NCBI GenBank assembly: GCA_964517045.1
Contig: CAZFAK010000002.1
Span: 1-33,564, forward strand
Length of the DNA: 33,564 bases
From: an uncultured Spirochaetia bacterium
GTDB taxonomy: Bacteria > Spirochaetota > UBA12135 > COTS27 > CAZFAK01
Direction of reading: 5' to 3'
A program made the translations under genes and the position numbers. Position 1 is the first letter of the stretch, and each line of letters starts with the position of its first letter. Below, in pieces: positions 33,510-33,564 of this stretch. The notes below the pieces were generated by a model, which worked only from the letters and a program-made list of their open reading frames with translations, searched no databases and was not told the origin of the DNA.

Positions 33510-33564
33510 TTATTTCAGATGCTCGCTTAATATTTTGATTCCGATTAAAATTAAAATAACTCCG
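33510..33564 (-). CDS. 3' end of a minus-strand gene running off the window (hydrophobic C-terminus)
   Basis: The reverse strand reads ...GVILILIGIKILSEHLK-TAA (stop at 33510-33512). Only 18 codons are visible, so this is weakly supported. Confidence 0.25.
   Translation of the reverse strand, partial: GVILILIGIKILSEHLK

Noticed and set aside
1-33564. A search of the whole window for mobile or defence hallmarks: integrase, transposase, terminal inverted repeats, tRNA-flanked islands, toxin-antitoxin pairs, restriction-modification genes, CRISPR repeats and retron-like structures.
   Set aside because: Nothing recognisable was found in the six-frame translations or as repeated DNA. The window reads as chromosomal housekeeping, envelope and accessory genes rather than a mobile or defence island.

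Overview
This is a densely packed 33.6-kb chromosomal segment with about 27 protein-coding genes. I found no rRNA, tRNA, CRISPR array, transposase, integrase or obvious defence genes. All calls rest on reading the ORF translations and the DNA by eye, using motif memory only; no searches were run.

Gene content, left to right:
- 162-5619 (+): an envelope module made of an MMPL/RND exporter, a LolA-like periplasmic protein, a predicted outer-membrane beta-barrel and a CPBP intramembrane protease.
- 5664-7136 (-): a convergent TreT-type trehalose synthase.
- 12966-7317 (-): a tight six-gene operon. In order it encodes a small anchored protein, a hyper-acidic 518-aa protein, a Lys-rich 368-aa orphan, a STAS anti-sigma antagonist, the Obg GTPase and a polytopic permease.
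- 16045-13059 (-): argB-argD-argF.
- 16198-18426: an AT-rich patch of exported or lipoproteins, including a DUF2459-like protein, plus an unannotated 41-codon membrane-peptide ORF behind a near-consensus promoter.
- 18465-20557: a URO-D-family protein divergent from an AraC regulator.
- 20606-21889 (-): an orphan MinD/ParA ATPase with a long basic tail.
- 22152-27956 (+): divergent from the ATPase, an operon of three large orphan proteins (955, 664 and 313 aa) running straight into a pyruvate phosphate dikinase gene.
- 30670-33472 (+): an SDR and a GH99-like (endo-alpha-mannosidase family) lipoprotein.

Loose L-x-x-C lipoboxes and the pairing of PPDK with a roughly 660-aa coiled-coil orphan suggest a spirochaete (Treponema-like) origin. 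That is inference only.

The best candidate for an undescribed system is the ParA-like / 955 / 664 / 313 / PPDK-like cluster. I read it as a CfpA-like cytoplasmic-filament module with a candidate single-pass membrane anchor, a positioning ATPase, and a PPDK paralogue whose ATP-grasp motifs look degenerate. Secondary candidates are the MMPL-LolA-barrel trans-envelope module and the STAS-Obg operon with its acidic repeat protein.
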